The notes below the pieces were generated by a model. The model saw only the letters and a program-made list of their open reading frames with translations. It had not been told where the DNA came from and did no database searches. Positions 17,941 to 27,613 of a DNA stretch of 64,000 nt are shown piece after piece. Made by a program: the position numbers and the translations under genes. Within the stretch, counting starts at the first letter, position 1. Each line of letters begins with the position of its first letter. The stretch spans positions 108,586-172,585 of the forward strand of contig CADABQ010000002.1 of NCBI GenBank assembly GCA_902786205.1, written 5' to 3'. The stretch is from an uncultured Lachnospiraceae bacterium (lineage in GTDB: Bacteria > Bacillota > Clostridia > Lachnospirales > Lachnospiraceae).

Positions 17941-18702
17941 ATGAGAGAACAGGTTGTAAATATAGGGGATAAAGTAGAAATGTATCGTATAAGTGCACAA
18001 GCGGATGAAAATGAAGTAAGGAGACAATATATTAGCCAAGTGCTAGATTATACGGAAGAGGACCAGATTAAGTTGGCTATGCCAATGGAGGGAAGCCGTA
18101 TGGTTCCATTGACAATAGGAGATTTGTATGAAGTGTGCTTTTATACGTCAGCTGGTCTCTTTCAGGCACAGCTTGAAATTGTGGATCGATACAAAGAGAA
18201 CAATATCTTTATGTTAGTTGGGGAGTTTCAGTCGGATTTAGAAAAGTGTCAAAGAAGACAGTATTATCGATTGGAAAAAATTATAGATATCGATTATCGA
18301 AATTATACAAGAGAAGAAGAGATCCTTGAAAGGCGACTTCGAATGAATGATTTCGCAAATGAGGAAGCTAGATTGAGTTGTAAAAAGATTTTAAATGAGG
18401 TAAAAAGTAAGTGGATACTTGCGACAATAACAGACATTAGTGGAGGGGGCGCTCGTTTTAATTCTTTTAATTTGCATAAACCTGGCAGCTTGCTTTATTT
18501 ACGTATTCCAATTGAAAAAAATGAAGATACAAAAATTTATGAATTTAAAGCAGAAGTAGTAAAAAGTAATATATTGCCAAAAAGAACAGATTTTTATGAG
18601 ACCAGAGTAAAATTTGTTGATATTGACAGAGATGAAAGAGAACAAATTGTTCGTTTTATATTTGAGCAAGAAAGAAAAATGCTTCGAAAGGGCGTGCTTT
18701 AA
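17941..18702 (+). CDS. PilZ-domain protein (YcgR/MotI-like c-di-GMP flagellar brake candidate)
   Basis: PilZ signature RRQYYR (RxxxR) and DISGGGARF (DxSxxG). ATG 17941 has an AAGGAGG RBS. The track ORF start at 17914 is a TTG with no RBS. Confidence 0.8.
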   Translation: MREQVVNIGDKVEMYRISAQADENEVRRQYISQVLDYTEEDQIKLAMPMEGSRMVPLTIGDLYEVCFYTSAGLFQAQLEIVDRYKENNIFMLVGEFQSDLEKCQRRQYYRLEKIIDIDYRNYTREEEILERRLRMNDFANEEARLSCKKILNEVKSKWILATITDISGGGARFNSFNLHKPGSLLYLRIPIEKNEDTKIYEFKAEVVKSNILPKRTDFYETRVKFVDIDRDEREQIVRFIFEQERKMLRKGVL

Positions 18703-18731
18703 ATAGTGAATAGAGAAAAGGGGGAGCGTTT

Positions 18732-19832
18732 ATGAAAAAAAATATTTTGATTGTAGATGACTCTGCACTTATGAGAAGGGTATTATCTGATATAATTAAT
18801 AAAGATGATAGATTTTACGTAGCAGATGTTGCAAGAAATGGTGAAGCAGCACTTGCATTGTTAAAGGAAAACGCAGAAAAATATGATGTTGTTTTATTAG
18901 ATTTTTTTATGCCAAATATGAATGCAGATGAACTGCTATTGCATTTGCATAAAAAAATTAAGGCAAAGGTAATTGTAATTAGTGGAATTATAAAGTCAGA
19001 TGCTATGGAGATTATCTATGCATTGGAACATGGGGCATTTGATTTCGTTACTAAACCAGAAAATTTTGCAAAGGCAAAGGAAAAACAGTTTGGAGATAGA
19101 TTATTAAAATGTATCGAATTGGCAGCTTTTCAAGAGGATACTCAAAAGGAGATGTGTAATATAGTTTCCGCAAAAAGTTTATCAAAAAGGGATAAGCCAA
19201 TTTCAATAAATCAAAATAAAAACAATAAAAAAAGTAGAAAGGGGAGAATGCAGGGGGGAAAATTAATTGCATTAGCATGTTCAACAGGTGGACCAAAAGC
19301 TTTGCAGCAAGTGATACCGAAATTACCTGCTGATTTGGCAGCACCGATGATCGTTGTTCAACATATGCCGAAAGGGTTTACAAAATCTTTGGCAGAGCGT
19401 TTGGATCAGATGAGTGAGGTTAAGGTTAAAGAGGCAGAGGATGGAGAAGTATTAACAAAGGGAGTTGTATATATTGCAAAAGGTGGTTCCCAATTGCGAG
19501 TGGATAGCAAAGGGGATAAAAGTATTTTGCGAGTTACAGAAGAAGCTGCAAGAAATGGTTTAAAACCTTGTGCAGACATAATGTATGAATCACTTGTAGA
19601 TAGTACATTTGAAGAAATTATTTGTGTTGTTCTTACTGGTATGGGTGGAGACGGCACAGAGGGTATTAAGCAACTTAGCAAAAAGAATAATATTTATTCC
19701 ATTACGCAAACTGCGGATACGTGTACGGTATATGGAATGCCAAAGGTATTTTATCAAAGTGGACTAGCAGATGAAGTGGTACCGTTACAAAATATTGCAG
19801 GTGCGATTCGGAAACATATGGGGGTGCAGTAA
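18732..19832 (+). CDS. cheB: Chemotaxis methylesterase CheB (REC + CheB catalytic domain)
   Basis: REC domain (ILIVDDSALMRRV). Catalytic motifs ACSTGGP, VVQHMP, TGMGGDGTEG. Confidence 0.9.
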   Translation: MKKNILIVDDSALMRRVLSDIINKDDRFYVADVARNGEAALALLKENAEKYDVVLLDFFMPNMNADELLLHLHKKIKAKVIVISGIIKSDAMEIIYALEHGAFDFVTKPENFAKAKEKQFGDRLLKCIELAAFQEDTQKEMCNIVSAKSLSKRDKPISINQNKNNKKSRKGRMQGGKLIALACSTGGPKALQQVIPKLPADLAAPMIVVQHMPKGFTKSLAERLDQMSEVKVKEAEDGEVLTKGVVYIAKGGSQLRVDSKGDKSILRVTEEAARNGLKPCADIMYESLVDSTFEEIICVVLTGMGGDGTEGIKQLSKKNNIYSITQTADTCTVYGMPKVFYQSGLADEVVPLQNIAGAIRKHMGVQ

Positions 19833-19833
19833 A

Positions 19834-21942
19834 ATGGATGTAAGTCAGTATTTAGAGATTTTTATTGATGAAACAAAGGAACATTTACAGAATTTAAGTG
19901 ATCAGTTGATGATTTTGGAACGTGAGCCGGATAATACAGATACAATTAATGAAATTTTCCGTGCAGCACATTCTTTAAAAGGTATGGCTGGAACCATGGG
20001 TTATAAGAAAATGCAACGTTTGACTCATGATATGGAAAATGTATTTTCGGAAATACGTAATGGAACAATAAAAGTACAGCCTGAGATGGTTGATGTCCTT
20101 TTTAGAGGATTAGATGCATTGGAAAATTATTTAGATGTTATCATTAATTCTGGTGATGAAGGCGATGAGGATAATGACGATATTATCCGAGATTTAAATT
20201 CTTTTTTAAAGGGAGAAGATGGGGATACTTCTGTTTCTGCTCCTAAAAAACAGGATGTGAAAGAAGAAAAGAAAAAGACTACAGAGGAATCAGATGAAAC
20301 TTCTGTATTTAAAAATATGCAGGTGGCAGATTTTGAGCAACATGCAATACAAAAGGCAAAAGATGAAGGACAAAATATTTTTGGAATCCGCGTTATTGTA
20401 GATGAAAATTGTATTTTAAAGGCGGCTCGTGCATTTTTGGTATTTAAAGCATTGGAAGAAATTGGAGATGTTATAAAATCTATTCCAGATGTACAGGATA
20501 TCGAGGATGAAAAATTCGATCAGGAATTTACTGTTTTGATTATTACAAAGGAAGGCGAAGAAGCAGTAAAAGATACCATTATGAATATATCGGAGATAGC
20601 CAAAGTTATTGTGGAAGCATTTGATCTTGAATTAACAGTAGAACAAAATATTGAAAAATCAGATACGACAAGCAATACACAAACTGCAACAGCAAAACAA
20701 AGTACGGCTACTGCAACTGCTACAGACAAAAAGACTAAGAAAAAAGCAAACGACAAGAAAACAGGTGGAAAACCAGTTGTAAATCGTTCTGTTCGTGTGG
20801 ATATTGAAAAACTGGACGTTTTAATGAACTTAGTAAGTGAGTTGATTATTGCTAAGAACGGCTTGGTATCTTTGAATGCTGGTGGCGGTCGTGGAGAGAG
20901 TAAGAATAATAGTAGTTTTAATGAACAGATTGAATATTTGGAACGAGTTACAACAAATCTTCATGAGTCTGTAATGAAAGTTCGTATGATGCCAATCGAA
21001 AGTGTTGTAAATAAATTCCCACGTATGATTCGTGACTTGTCGAAAAAATTAGATAAGAAAATGGAATTATATATGACAGGTGAGGAAACAGAATTGGACC
21101 GTACCGTTATTGATGAGATTGGTGATCCATTAATGCATTTACTTCGTAACTCAGCTGATCATGGCTTGGAAAGTAACGAAGAACGTGTGAAAGCTGGAAA
21201 GCCAGAGGTTGGTTCTATTTATCTGGATGCATATCAGGATGGCAACAATGTAGTAATTGAAGTACGAGATGATGGTGCTGGTATTGATTTAGATAAAGTT
21301 CGAAGAAAAGCAATTGAAAAAGGAACGATTACAGAAGAACAGGCAGAAACCATGACGGATAATGATTTGATTGCATTGTTATTCAAACCTAGTTTTTCAA
21401 CGGCTGATAAAGTTACAGATGTATCCGGCCGAGGTGTTGGACTTGATGTAGTAAAAAGTAAGATTGAAGGTCTTGGAGGAGATATTGAGTGTAAAACTGT
21501 CAGAGGTGAAGGTAGTACATTTACAATCAGACTCCCATTGACACTTGCAATTATCACAGCTTTAATGGTTGAACTTGGAGACGAAAAATATGCAATTCCT
21601 TTGGGAAGTATTCAGACGATTGAGGACATTCCATGCTCAGATATAAAATATGTACAGTCAAGTGAAGTAATTAATTTAAGGGGTGCCGTTATTCCACTGA
21701 TTCGACTGGATAGTATTCTTGATGTAGAACCAAGAGCAGAACAACCGGAAAGTTTAACGGTAGTTATTGTTGCAAAAGGTGAAAAGTTAGCAGGATTGGT
21801 AGTGGATAATTTAATTGGACAACAGGAAATTGTTATTAAATCAATCGGAAAATACATAAACAATAATAAAATTATTAGTGGCGCTACAATACTTGGTGAT
21901 GGAGAGGTTGCATTGATTATTGATGCAAATACTTTAGTCTAA
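19834..21942 (+). CDS. cheA: Chemotaxis histidine kinase CheA
   Basis: Hpt motif FRAAHSLKGMAGTMG. N box HLLRNSADHGLE. G1 RDDGAGID. G2 GRGVGLDVV. CheW-like C-terminus. I take the start as ATG 19834, 1 nt after the cheB stop. The track ORF start at 19771 lies inside cheB. Confidence 0.95.
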   Translation: MDVSQYLEIFIDETKEHLQNLSDQLMILEREPDNTDTINEIFRAAHSLKGMAGTMGYKKMQRLTHDMENVFSEIRNGTIKVQPEMVDVLFRGLDALENYLDVIINSGDEGDEDNDDIIRDLNSFLKGEDGDTSVSAPKKQDVKEEKKKTTEESDETSVFKNMQVADFEQHAIQKAKDEGQNIFGIRVIVDENCILKAARAFLVFKALEEIGDVIKSIPDVQDIEDEKFDQEFTVLIITKEGEEAVKDTIMNISEIAKVIVEAFDLELTVEQNIEKSDTTSNTQTATAKQSTATATATDKKTKKKANDKKTGGKPVVNRSVRVDIEKLDVLMNLVSELIIAKNGLVSLNAGGGRGESKNNSSFNEQIEYLERVTTNLHESVMKVRMMPIESVVNKFPRMIRDLSKKLDKKMELYMTGEETELDRTVIDEIGDPLMHLLRNSADHGLESNEERVKAGKPEVGSIYLDAYQDGNNVVIEVRDDGAGIDLDKVRRKAIEKGTITEEQAETMTDNDLIALLFKPSFSTADKVTDVSGRGVGLDVVKSKIEGLGGDIECKTVRGEGSTFTIRLPLTLAIITALMVELGDEKYAIPLGSIQTIEDIPCSDIKYVQSSEVINLRGAVIPLIRLDSILDVEPRAEQPESLTVVIVAKGEKLAGLVVDNLIGQQEIVIKSIGKYINNNKIISGATILGDGEVALIIDANTLV

Positions 21943-21955
21943 GGGGGTCGTAAAG

Positions 21956-22447
21956 ATGGAAACAGGAAATAAAAACGAAGTAAATACAACCGTTTCTTCA
22001 GAGGGAAAACAATATATAGTAGTTAAATTAGGAAATGAGCAATATGGTATTGATATTCAGTATGTGGATAATATTGTTCGTATGCAAAATATAACAAGAG
22101 TTCCCAAAGCACAGCATTATTTTAAAGGTGTTATTAACCTACGTGGAGAAATCATTCCGGTTATGAGTTTACGATTAAAATTTGGCTTAGATTCGGATGA
22201 ATTTACCAGTGCAACAAGAATTATCATTATTAAACTTGAGGCGCAAGCAACAATCGGAATTATTGTAGATGAAGTAAAAGAGGTAATTACATTGAACGAG
22301 GATGAAGTGGAAAAGCCTAGCTACAATGAAAATGATGAGAAATCTGCTTTCTTATATGGAGTAGGAAAGCATGGTGAAAGTTTAATATCACTTTTGAACA
22401 TAGCTGGAGTAATCATTGAGAAAGAAAAAGATAAAGCAAATGCATAA
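21956..22447 (+). CDS. cheW: Chemotaxis coupling protein CheW
   Basis: 163 aa. Motif QYIVVKLGNEQYGIDIQYV...INLRGEIIPV. Confidence 0.9.
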   Translation: METGNKNEVNTTVSSEGKQYIVVKLGNEQYGIDIQYVDNIVRMQNITRVPKAQHYFKGVINLRGEIIPVMSLRLKFGLDSDEFTSATRIIIIKLEAQATIGIIVDEVKEVITLNEDEVEKPSYNENDEKSAFLYGVGKHGESLISLLNIAGVIIEKEKDKANA

Positions 22448-22464
22448 TAAATGAGGTGGTCTGT

Positions 22465-23097
22465 ATGTCAACTCAAAAAAAATTTGAAGAGTTGAATGAT
22501 GTAAATAGTATGCCTTATGACATTTTGCGAGAGGTAGGAAATATAGGTGCGGGCAATGCTACAACAGCATTGTCCCAACTTATACATGCCAAAGTTGATA
22601 TGACTGTTCCAAAGGTGGAATTATTGAATTTCCCAGAACTTTCAGATATTGTAGGTTCTGCAGAAAAGACAGTTGTTGGCATACTATTAAATTTAAGTGG
22701 TGATATTGGTGGCATGATGATGTTTATGATTGATTATTCGGCTGCCAGACATTTGGTTAATCAATTATTGGGAGACGAATATTCATCCAATGCAGAGTAT
22801 TTTTCCGAAATGGATTTATCAGCATTAAAAGAAATTGGCAATATTATTTCCGGAGCATATTTGTCTGCACTCTCTTCACTAACTGGTTTAAAAATTATTG
22901 AATCTATTCCATATATGGCGATAGATATGGCGGGAGCAATTTTGAGTGTTCCGGCAATTGCATTTGGTGAATTGGGAGATAAAGCCTTGCTGATTGAGTC
23001 TGAATTTAATGAAATTGACTATTCTGTAAATGGTTTTTTCATATTGATTCCGACAGAGGAGTCTTATGGAAAAATTTTATCTTCATTGGGAATGTAG
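22465..23097 (+). CDS. cheC: CheY-P phosphatase CheC
   Basis: Duplicated CheC motifs DILREVGNIGAGNATTALS and ALKEIGNIISGAYLSALS. ATG 22465 has a GAGGTGG RBS. Confidence 0.85.
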   Translation: MSTQKKFEELNDVNSMPYDILREVGNIGAGNATTALSQLIHAKVDMTVPKVELLNFPELSDIVGSAEKTVVGILLNLSGDIGGMMMFMIDYSAARHLVNQLLGDEYSSNAEYFSEMDLSALKEIGNIISGAYLSALSSLTGLKIIESIPYMAIDMAGAILSVPAIAFGELGDKALLIESEFNEIDYSVNGFFILIPTEESYGKILSSLGM

Positions 23098-23104
23098 GTG
23101 AGTA

Positions 23105-23593
23105 ATGGTGGGGAATATGATTCGAGTTGGAATGGCAGATTTAAATATTTGTATGTCTCCAGATGCGATTACAACTCTTGGTCTAGGCTCCTGCGTTGGA
23201 ATTGTTTTATATGATACAACATTAAAACTAGCTGGTTTAGCTCATATAATGTTACCAGACAGTACACAAATCAGAAGTAATTCAAATGTAGCGAAGTTTG
23301 CGGATACAGGTATTGATGCCTTGGTGCAATTGATGGAAAAAAATGGGGCAAAAAAGAGCCGCTTGATAGCTAAAATCGCAGGTGGGGCACAAATGTTTAA
23401 ATTTTCATCTGAAAATTCCATGTTGTGTGTTGGAAAAAGAAATATCGAGGCGACAAAAATTAAATTAGAGAGTTTGGGGATCCGAATTATTGCTGAGGAT
23501 ACAGGAGATTCTTATGGAAGAACAATAGAATTTTATCCTGAGACAGGAGAACTTTTAATAAAGACAGTTGGAAAAACTGAAAAAATAATATAA
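23105..23593 (+). CDS. cheD: Chemoreceptor glutamine deamidase CheD
   Basis: Motifs LGSCVGIVLYD and AKIAGGAQMF. 162 aa, downstream of cheC. Confidence 0.9.
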   Translation: MVGNMIRVGMADLNICMSPDAITTLGLGSCVGIVLYDTTLKLAGLAHIMLPDSTQIRSNSNVAKFADTGIDALVQLMEKNGAKKSRLIAKIAGGAQMFKFSSENSMLCVGKRNIEATKIKLESLGIRIIAEDTGDSYGRTIEFYPETGELLIKTVGKTEKII

Positions 23594-23629
23594 AATAGAA
23601 TTGTTCAGAAAGACAGGGGAGCGATAGAA

Positions 23630-23950
23630 ATGAAAATTCGATTTATACCTGCGGGAGTTACTTTGATAGCCGGGGCAATTACATGTTTAATATGCCTTAT
23701 GCGAAATTATGATGTTATGTACAGTTTGAAAATGTTATTATTAGTATTGATTATTTTTTCGTTGATTGGAATGAAAGCACAGCAGGTAATTTTAAATGTT
23801 ATGCGAGAACAAAAGATGCAGGAAGAAGAAGAGATTCGTATGGCAGAATGGAAAGAAGCAGAAAGATTGAAACAGATGGAAGCGCAGCAGGATATGCAAG
23901 AAGAGCAAAGTGACGACGAAATGGGGGAAGAGGAGGAGTCAAAGCAATAA
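23630..23950 (+). CDS. Hypothetical small membrane protein with acidic tail
   Basis: 106 aa with a GGGGAG RBS. Two predicted TM helices (PAGVTLIAGAITCLICL and MLLLVLIIFSLIG) followed by an E/Q-rich acidic tail. No family recognised. Confidence 0.5.
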   Translation: MKIRFIPAGVTLIAGAITCLICLMRNYDVMYSLKMLLLVLIIFSLIGMKAQQVILNVMREQKMQEEEEIRMAEWKEAERLKQMEAQQDMQEEQSDDEMGEEEESKQ

Positions 23951-23981
23951 AAAGCACTTTATGACTTGATGGAGGAAATAC

Positions 23982-24743
23982 ATGAGTGAAGAGAGTAGAA
24001 ATAAATTGTGGGAAGAGTATGCAAAGAATCCTTCTCCACAAATTAGAGAACAGATTATAATTGAATATGCAAATCTGGTTAAGATTGTAGCAGGCAGATT
24101 AAGCATGTATTTGGGATATACAGTAGAATATGACGATTTGGTTGGATATGGTACATTTGGGTTGATTGATGCCATTGATAAGTTCGATTTATTAAAGGGA
24201 GTTAAATTTGAAACATACGCAAGTTTGCGAATTCGTGGGGCAATTTTGGACCAGATACGAAAAATGGATTGGATTCCAAGAACATTACGTCAGAAACAAA
24301 AAAAAATTGATATGGCGTATCAAAAACTTGAACTAGAGCATGGAAGAGCAGGTACAGATGAGGAGGTCGCCAATGAAATAGGAATTACCTCGGAGGAACT
24401 TGCTAATTGGCAGAATCAGACAAAAGTTACGAATTTGATATCCTTAGATGAATTTTTGGAACAGGGAGCTGAGGTTAGAGTTGATGTGGATTCAAGTTCT
24501 CAGTTTGATATGCCAGAAAAGGCTATGGAAAAAGAGGAAATGAAAAAAGTGCTCATAGAAACATTAGAGCGTTTGACAGAAAATGAAAAAAAAGTGATTA
24601 CATTATATTATTATGAAGATTTGACATTAAAAGAAATTAGCCATATTTTGGAAGTGTCTGAATCGAGAGTCTCACAGCTTCATACAAAGGCATTGCAAAA
24701 AATGAGGCAAAGATTAGGAAGTAATATAGAAATGTTTTGGTAA
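23982..24743 (+). CDS. sigD: Flagellar sigma factor SigD/FliA (sigma-28)
   Basis: Sigma-70 region 2 (LVGYGTFGLIDAIDKFD). Region 4 HTH (LTLKEISHILEVSESRVSQLHTKAL). 253 aa at the end of the che block. Confidence 0.9.
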   Translation: MSEESRNKLWEEYAKNPSPQIREQIIIEYANLVKIVAGRLSMYLGYTVEYDDLVGYGTFGLIDAIDKFDLLKGVKFETYASLRIRGAILDQIRKMDWIPRTLRQKQKKIDMAYQKLELEHGRAGTDEEVANEIGITSEELANWQNQTKVTNLISLDEFLEQGAEVRVDVDSSSQFDMPEKAMEKEEMKKVLIETLERLTENEKKVITLYYYEDLTLKEISHILEVSESRVSQLHTKALQKMRQRLGSNIEMFW

Positions 24744-24766
24744 AAATAAGTAATGGGGGTGGGAAT

Positions 24767-26371
24767 ATGCGTTATAAAAACGGTTTTTTTCAAATTATTC
24801 ATAAAGAGGATGGAACATATTTGAAATTTTTTCCACCTGGAGCAAATGGAACAGCAATCGATTTGAATGATATCTTATTCTATTTGCATCGAATTAAGTT
24901 AGAAGAGTTTGATGTGAAAGAATTAAAACGATTTGTAGATCAAATTGAAACAGAACAGGCAGAATATAAAATTGCATCAAAAAAGATATATCCAGAAAAC
25001 GAATTTATGCGTTTAGAAGTAGATCAAAAAAAGACATGTGCAATTGCAAGATTTTATCCACCATCCAATCAGGGAAAATTAATTACACGAAAAGAAATTA
25101 TGAGCGATTTAGAAAATAAAGGTATTCGTCATGGGATTGTGGAGAGAAATATAGATATTTATTTGAAGGCCAGACAATTTTGTACTGATTTTTTGATTGC
25201 AAAAGCAACTATGCCTATACAGGGAAAAGATGCAAAGATTATATATCATTTTGAAGTTCAAAATACATTTCAACCGACTATTAAAGAAGATGGAACAGTA
25301 GATTTTCATCAGATTGATAATATAAATCATATAGAAGAGGGAGCCTTACTAGCGACCTTAGAACCGGCTGATTTGGGAAAACCAGGGATTGACATTTCAG
25401 GTGACCCAATAAAGCAGGCAAAGGTAACTGTTATGTCATTAAAACATGGACATAATATTCACTTGTCGGAGGATAATACAAAGATGTATAGCGATATTGC
25501 AGGACATGTTTCTTTGACAGGAGACAAGGTGTTTGTATCCAATACATATGAAGTACCAGCAGATGTTGGAACTGCTACGGGTGATATTTTTTATGATGGT
25601 AATGTACATGTAAAGGGAAATGTAATTACTGGCTTTAAAATTGAAGCAAAAGGTGATATTATTGTAGATGGTGTTGTAGAAGGCGCTACTCTAATTGCGG
25701 ATGGTCAAATTATTTTGCGACGTGGCATTCAGGGAATGAATAAAGGCGTTTTAATTTCCGGTGCAGATGTTGTTACAAAATTTATTGAAAATTCAGAGGT
25801 TACGGCAGGAGGCAATATAACAACAGATGCAATTATGCATAGTAAAGTACAAGCAAAAGGGGATATAGTGTCTACTGGAAAAAGAGGGTTGATTATTGGC
25901 GGAGAAATATTGTCAGAAGGTAATATTTCCATGAAAGTTGCAGGTTCGACTATGGGTACAAAAACCTTGATCCAAATCGGAATAGATCCTGCATTGATGG
26001 AAGAGTATCAATCAATCGATAAACAAATAGTTACGATGACAGAGGAAATGGAAAAGTTTAATCGTACAGTGGGGATGTATGCTGGAAAAGTAAAAAAAGG
26101 GGAAAAACTTCCAGATGACAGAAAAAAGCAATACCAGATTGCAAAAAAAAGTGTAGCGTTGCTTAAAGAAAACATTGAAAATGCCGAGGAACGCTCGAAG
26201 CAAATTCGGGAAGAAATAGAAGCACATAGTCATGGAAGAATTAAAATAGCAGGCATAGCATATCCAAATGTAAAAATAATGATAGCAGGAGCTAGTTATT
26301 TTGTAAGAAGTGAGATGCATCATATGCAGTTTGTAAAAGACAGAGCATTGATAAAAACAATGTCTATTTAG
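24767..26371 (+). CDS. DUF342/FapA-like (flagellar assembly protein A family) protein
   Basis: Beta-helix-like repeats (KGNVITGFKIEAKGDIIVDGVVEGATLIADGQIILRRGIQG, VTAGGNITTDAIMHSKVQAKGDIV) followed by a C-terminal coiled coil. ATG 24767 has a GGGGGTGGG RBS. Confidence 0.8.
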   Translation: MRYKNGFFQIIHKEDGTYLKFFPPGANGTAIDLNDILFYLHRIKLEEFDVKELKRFVDQIETEQAEYKIASKKIYPENEFMRLEVDQKKTCAIARFYPPSNQGKLITRKEIMSDLENKGIRHGIVERNIDIYLKARQFCTDFLIAKATMPIQGKDAKIIYHFEVQNTFQPTIKEDGTVDFHQIDNINHIEEGALLATLEPADLGKPGIDISGDPIKQAKVTVMSLKHGHNIHLSEDNTKMYSDIAGHVSLTGDKVFVSNTYEVPADVGTATGDIFYDGNVHVKGNVITGFKIEAKGDIIVDGVVEGATLIADGQIILRRGIQGMNKGVLISGADVVTKFIENSEVTAGGNITTDAIMHSKVQAKGDIVSTGKRGLIIGGEILSEGNISMKVAGSTMGTKTLIQIGIDPALMEEYQSIDKQIVTMTEEMEKFNRTVGMYAGKVKKGEKLPDDRKKQYQIAKKSVALLKENIENAEERSKQIREEIEAHSHGRIKIAGIAYPNVKIMIAGASYFVRSEMHHMQFVKDRALIKTMSI

Positions 26372-26387
26372 AAAGAGGGAAAACAAA

Positions 26388-26708
26388 ATGCCAATAAGAC
26401 CAATTGATATGATAAGTATAGCACCAAGATCGCAAGAGGCATCTCAGCAACAATTAAGCGATCAAAACAGGCTTGCGCATGCTCATGACAATATGGCGCA
26501 ACAGTTCGGTAAACAGATAAAAGAAAATTCAGAATCTGTCATCCAGTCATCCAAGGGTGAAAAGATGGAATACCGATACGATGCCAAAGAAAAAGGAAAT
26601 GGGAATCAGGGCAACGCAAAGAGTGGAAACAAACGAAACAAGCAAAAACAAGACAATGAAAAAAAAGAGTCGCAGTTAGAACACTGTAACTTTGATATTA
26701 AAATTTAA
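26388..26708 (+). CDS. Hypothetical small hydrophilic protein
   Basis: 106 aa with an AGAGGGA RBS. Q/N/K-rich, no TM segment, no recognisable motif. Tightly packed between flanking genes. Confidence 0.5.
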   Translation: MPIRPIDMISIAPRSQEASQQQLSDQNRLAHAHDNMAQQFGKQIKENSESVIQSSKGEKMEYRYDAKEKGNGNQGNAKSGNKRNKQKQDNEKKESQLEHCNFDIKI

Positions 26709-26719
26709 AGGAGCGAAAA

Positions 26720-27613
26720 ATGGGTTACATATTATTAATTATAGTTGGTCTGGCTATTATTATGGTGAGTTTTTTCTTGTCAGAAAAACATTTAAATCAG
26801 GGAGAAAATGATAAAAAAAATAAAAGTGAATCTGAAAGTGAAGATGTAAAGCAGCTTCTAGAGGAAAATAAAAAACAATTACAAGCTGAAAGTAAGAAAA
26901 TGGTCAATGAAACGGTGAATATAGAATTACATCGCGTAGAAGAGCAACTTGCCCATATATCGAATGAGAAGATTATGGCAGTAAATGAATTTTCAGAGCA
27001 GCTTTTAGAACAAATTGAAGAAAATCATAAGGAAGTTGTGTTTCTATATGATATGTTAAATGAAAAAGAAAACGAAATGAAAGCTTTTGTACAGGAGATT
27101 GATAAATCAAAAGTTGTTTTGGAAGAATTAGCAAATAAAGAGTTAGAAAAACAAAAAATGTTGCAGCATAAAAGAATAAAAAAAGAATTAGAAAAACAAA
27201 TGAGGCAACAAGAACAATTTGAAAAAGAAGAAGAAGAAGATTTAAAACGTTCTGGTGTGTTGTTAGAAGAGCCGAAGGTGGCAGATGTAGAAAAAAATGT
27301 TCCTAAGGTAGAAACACAAATGTCTGCATTAGAGCGAATGGGAAATAAACTTGAGGAAGTGCCAAAGGAAGAAGAAAATAGTGAGCCTGTAAAAGAGATA
27401 CAGGTGGAAGAAATAAAGGAAGTGGAAGAAAAACAACCGGAGGAAGTAGAACAACAAAATCTTTCGGAACAACCGGAGATGACGAATCAGAACCAGGTGA
27501 TTTTGGATTTGTATAATGAGGGAAAAAGCATTATGGAGATTGCAAAATTATTAGGTAAAGGACAAGGCGAAGTGAAGTTAGTGATTGATTTGTTTCAAGG
27601 AGCACGAAAATAA
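26720..27613 (+). CDS. Hypothetical membrane-anchored coiled-coil protein with C-terminal HTH-like segment
   Basis: N-terminal TM (ILLIIVGLAIIMVSFFL). Long E/K/Q-rich middle region. C-terminal ILDLYNEGKSIMEIAKLLGKGQGEVKLVIDLF. Confidence 0.6.
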   Translation: MGYILLIIVGLAIIMVSFFLSEKHLNQGENDKKNKSESESEDVKQLLEENKKQLQAESKKMVNETVNIELHRVEEQLAHISNEKIMAVNEFSEQLLEQIEENHKEVVFLYDMLNEKENEMKAFVQEIDKSKVVLEELANKELEKQKMLQHKRIKKELEKQMRQQEQFEKEEEEDLKRSGVLLEEPKVADVEKNVPKVETQMSALERMGNKLEEVPKEEENSEPVKEIQVEEIKEVEEKQPEEVEQQNLSEQPEMTNQNQVILDLYNEGKSIMEIAKLLGKGQGEVKLVIDLFQGARK

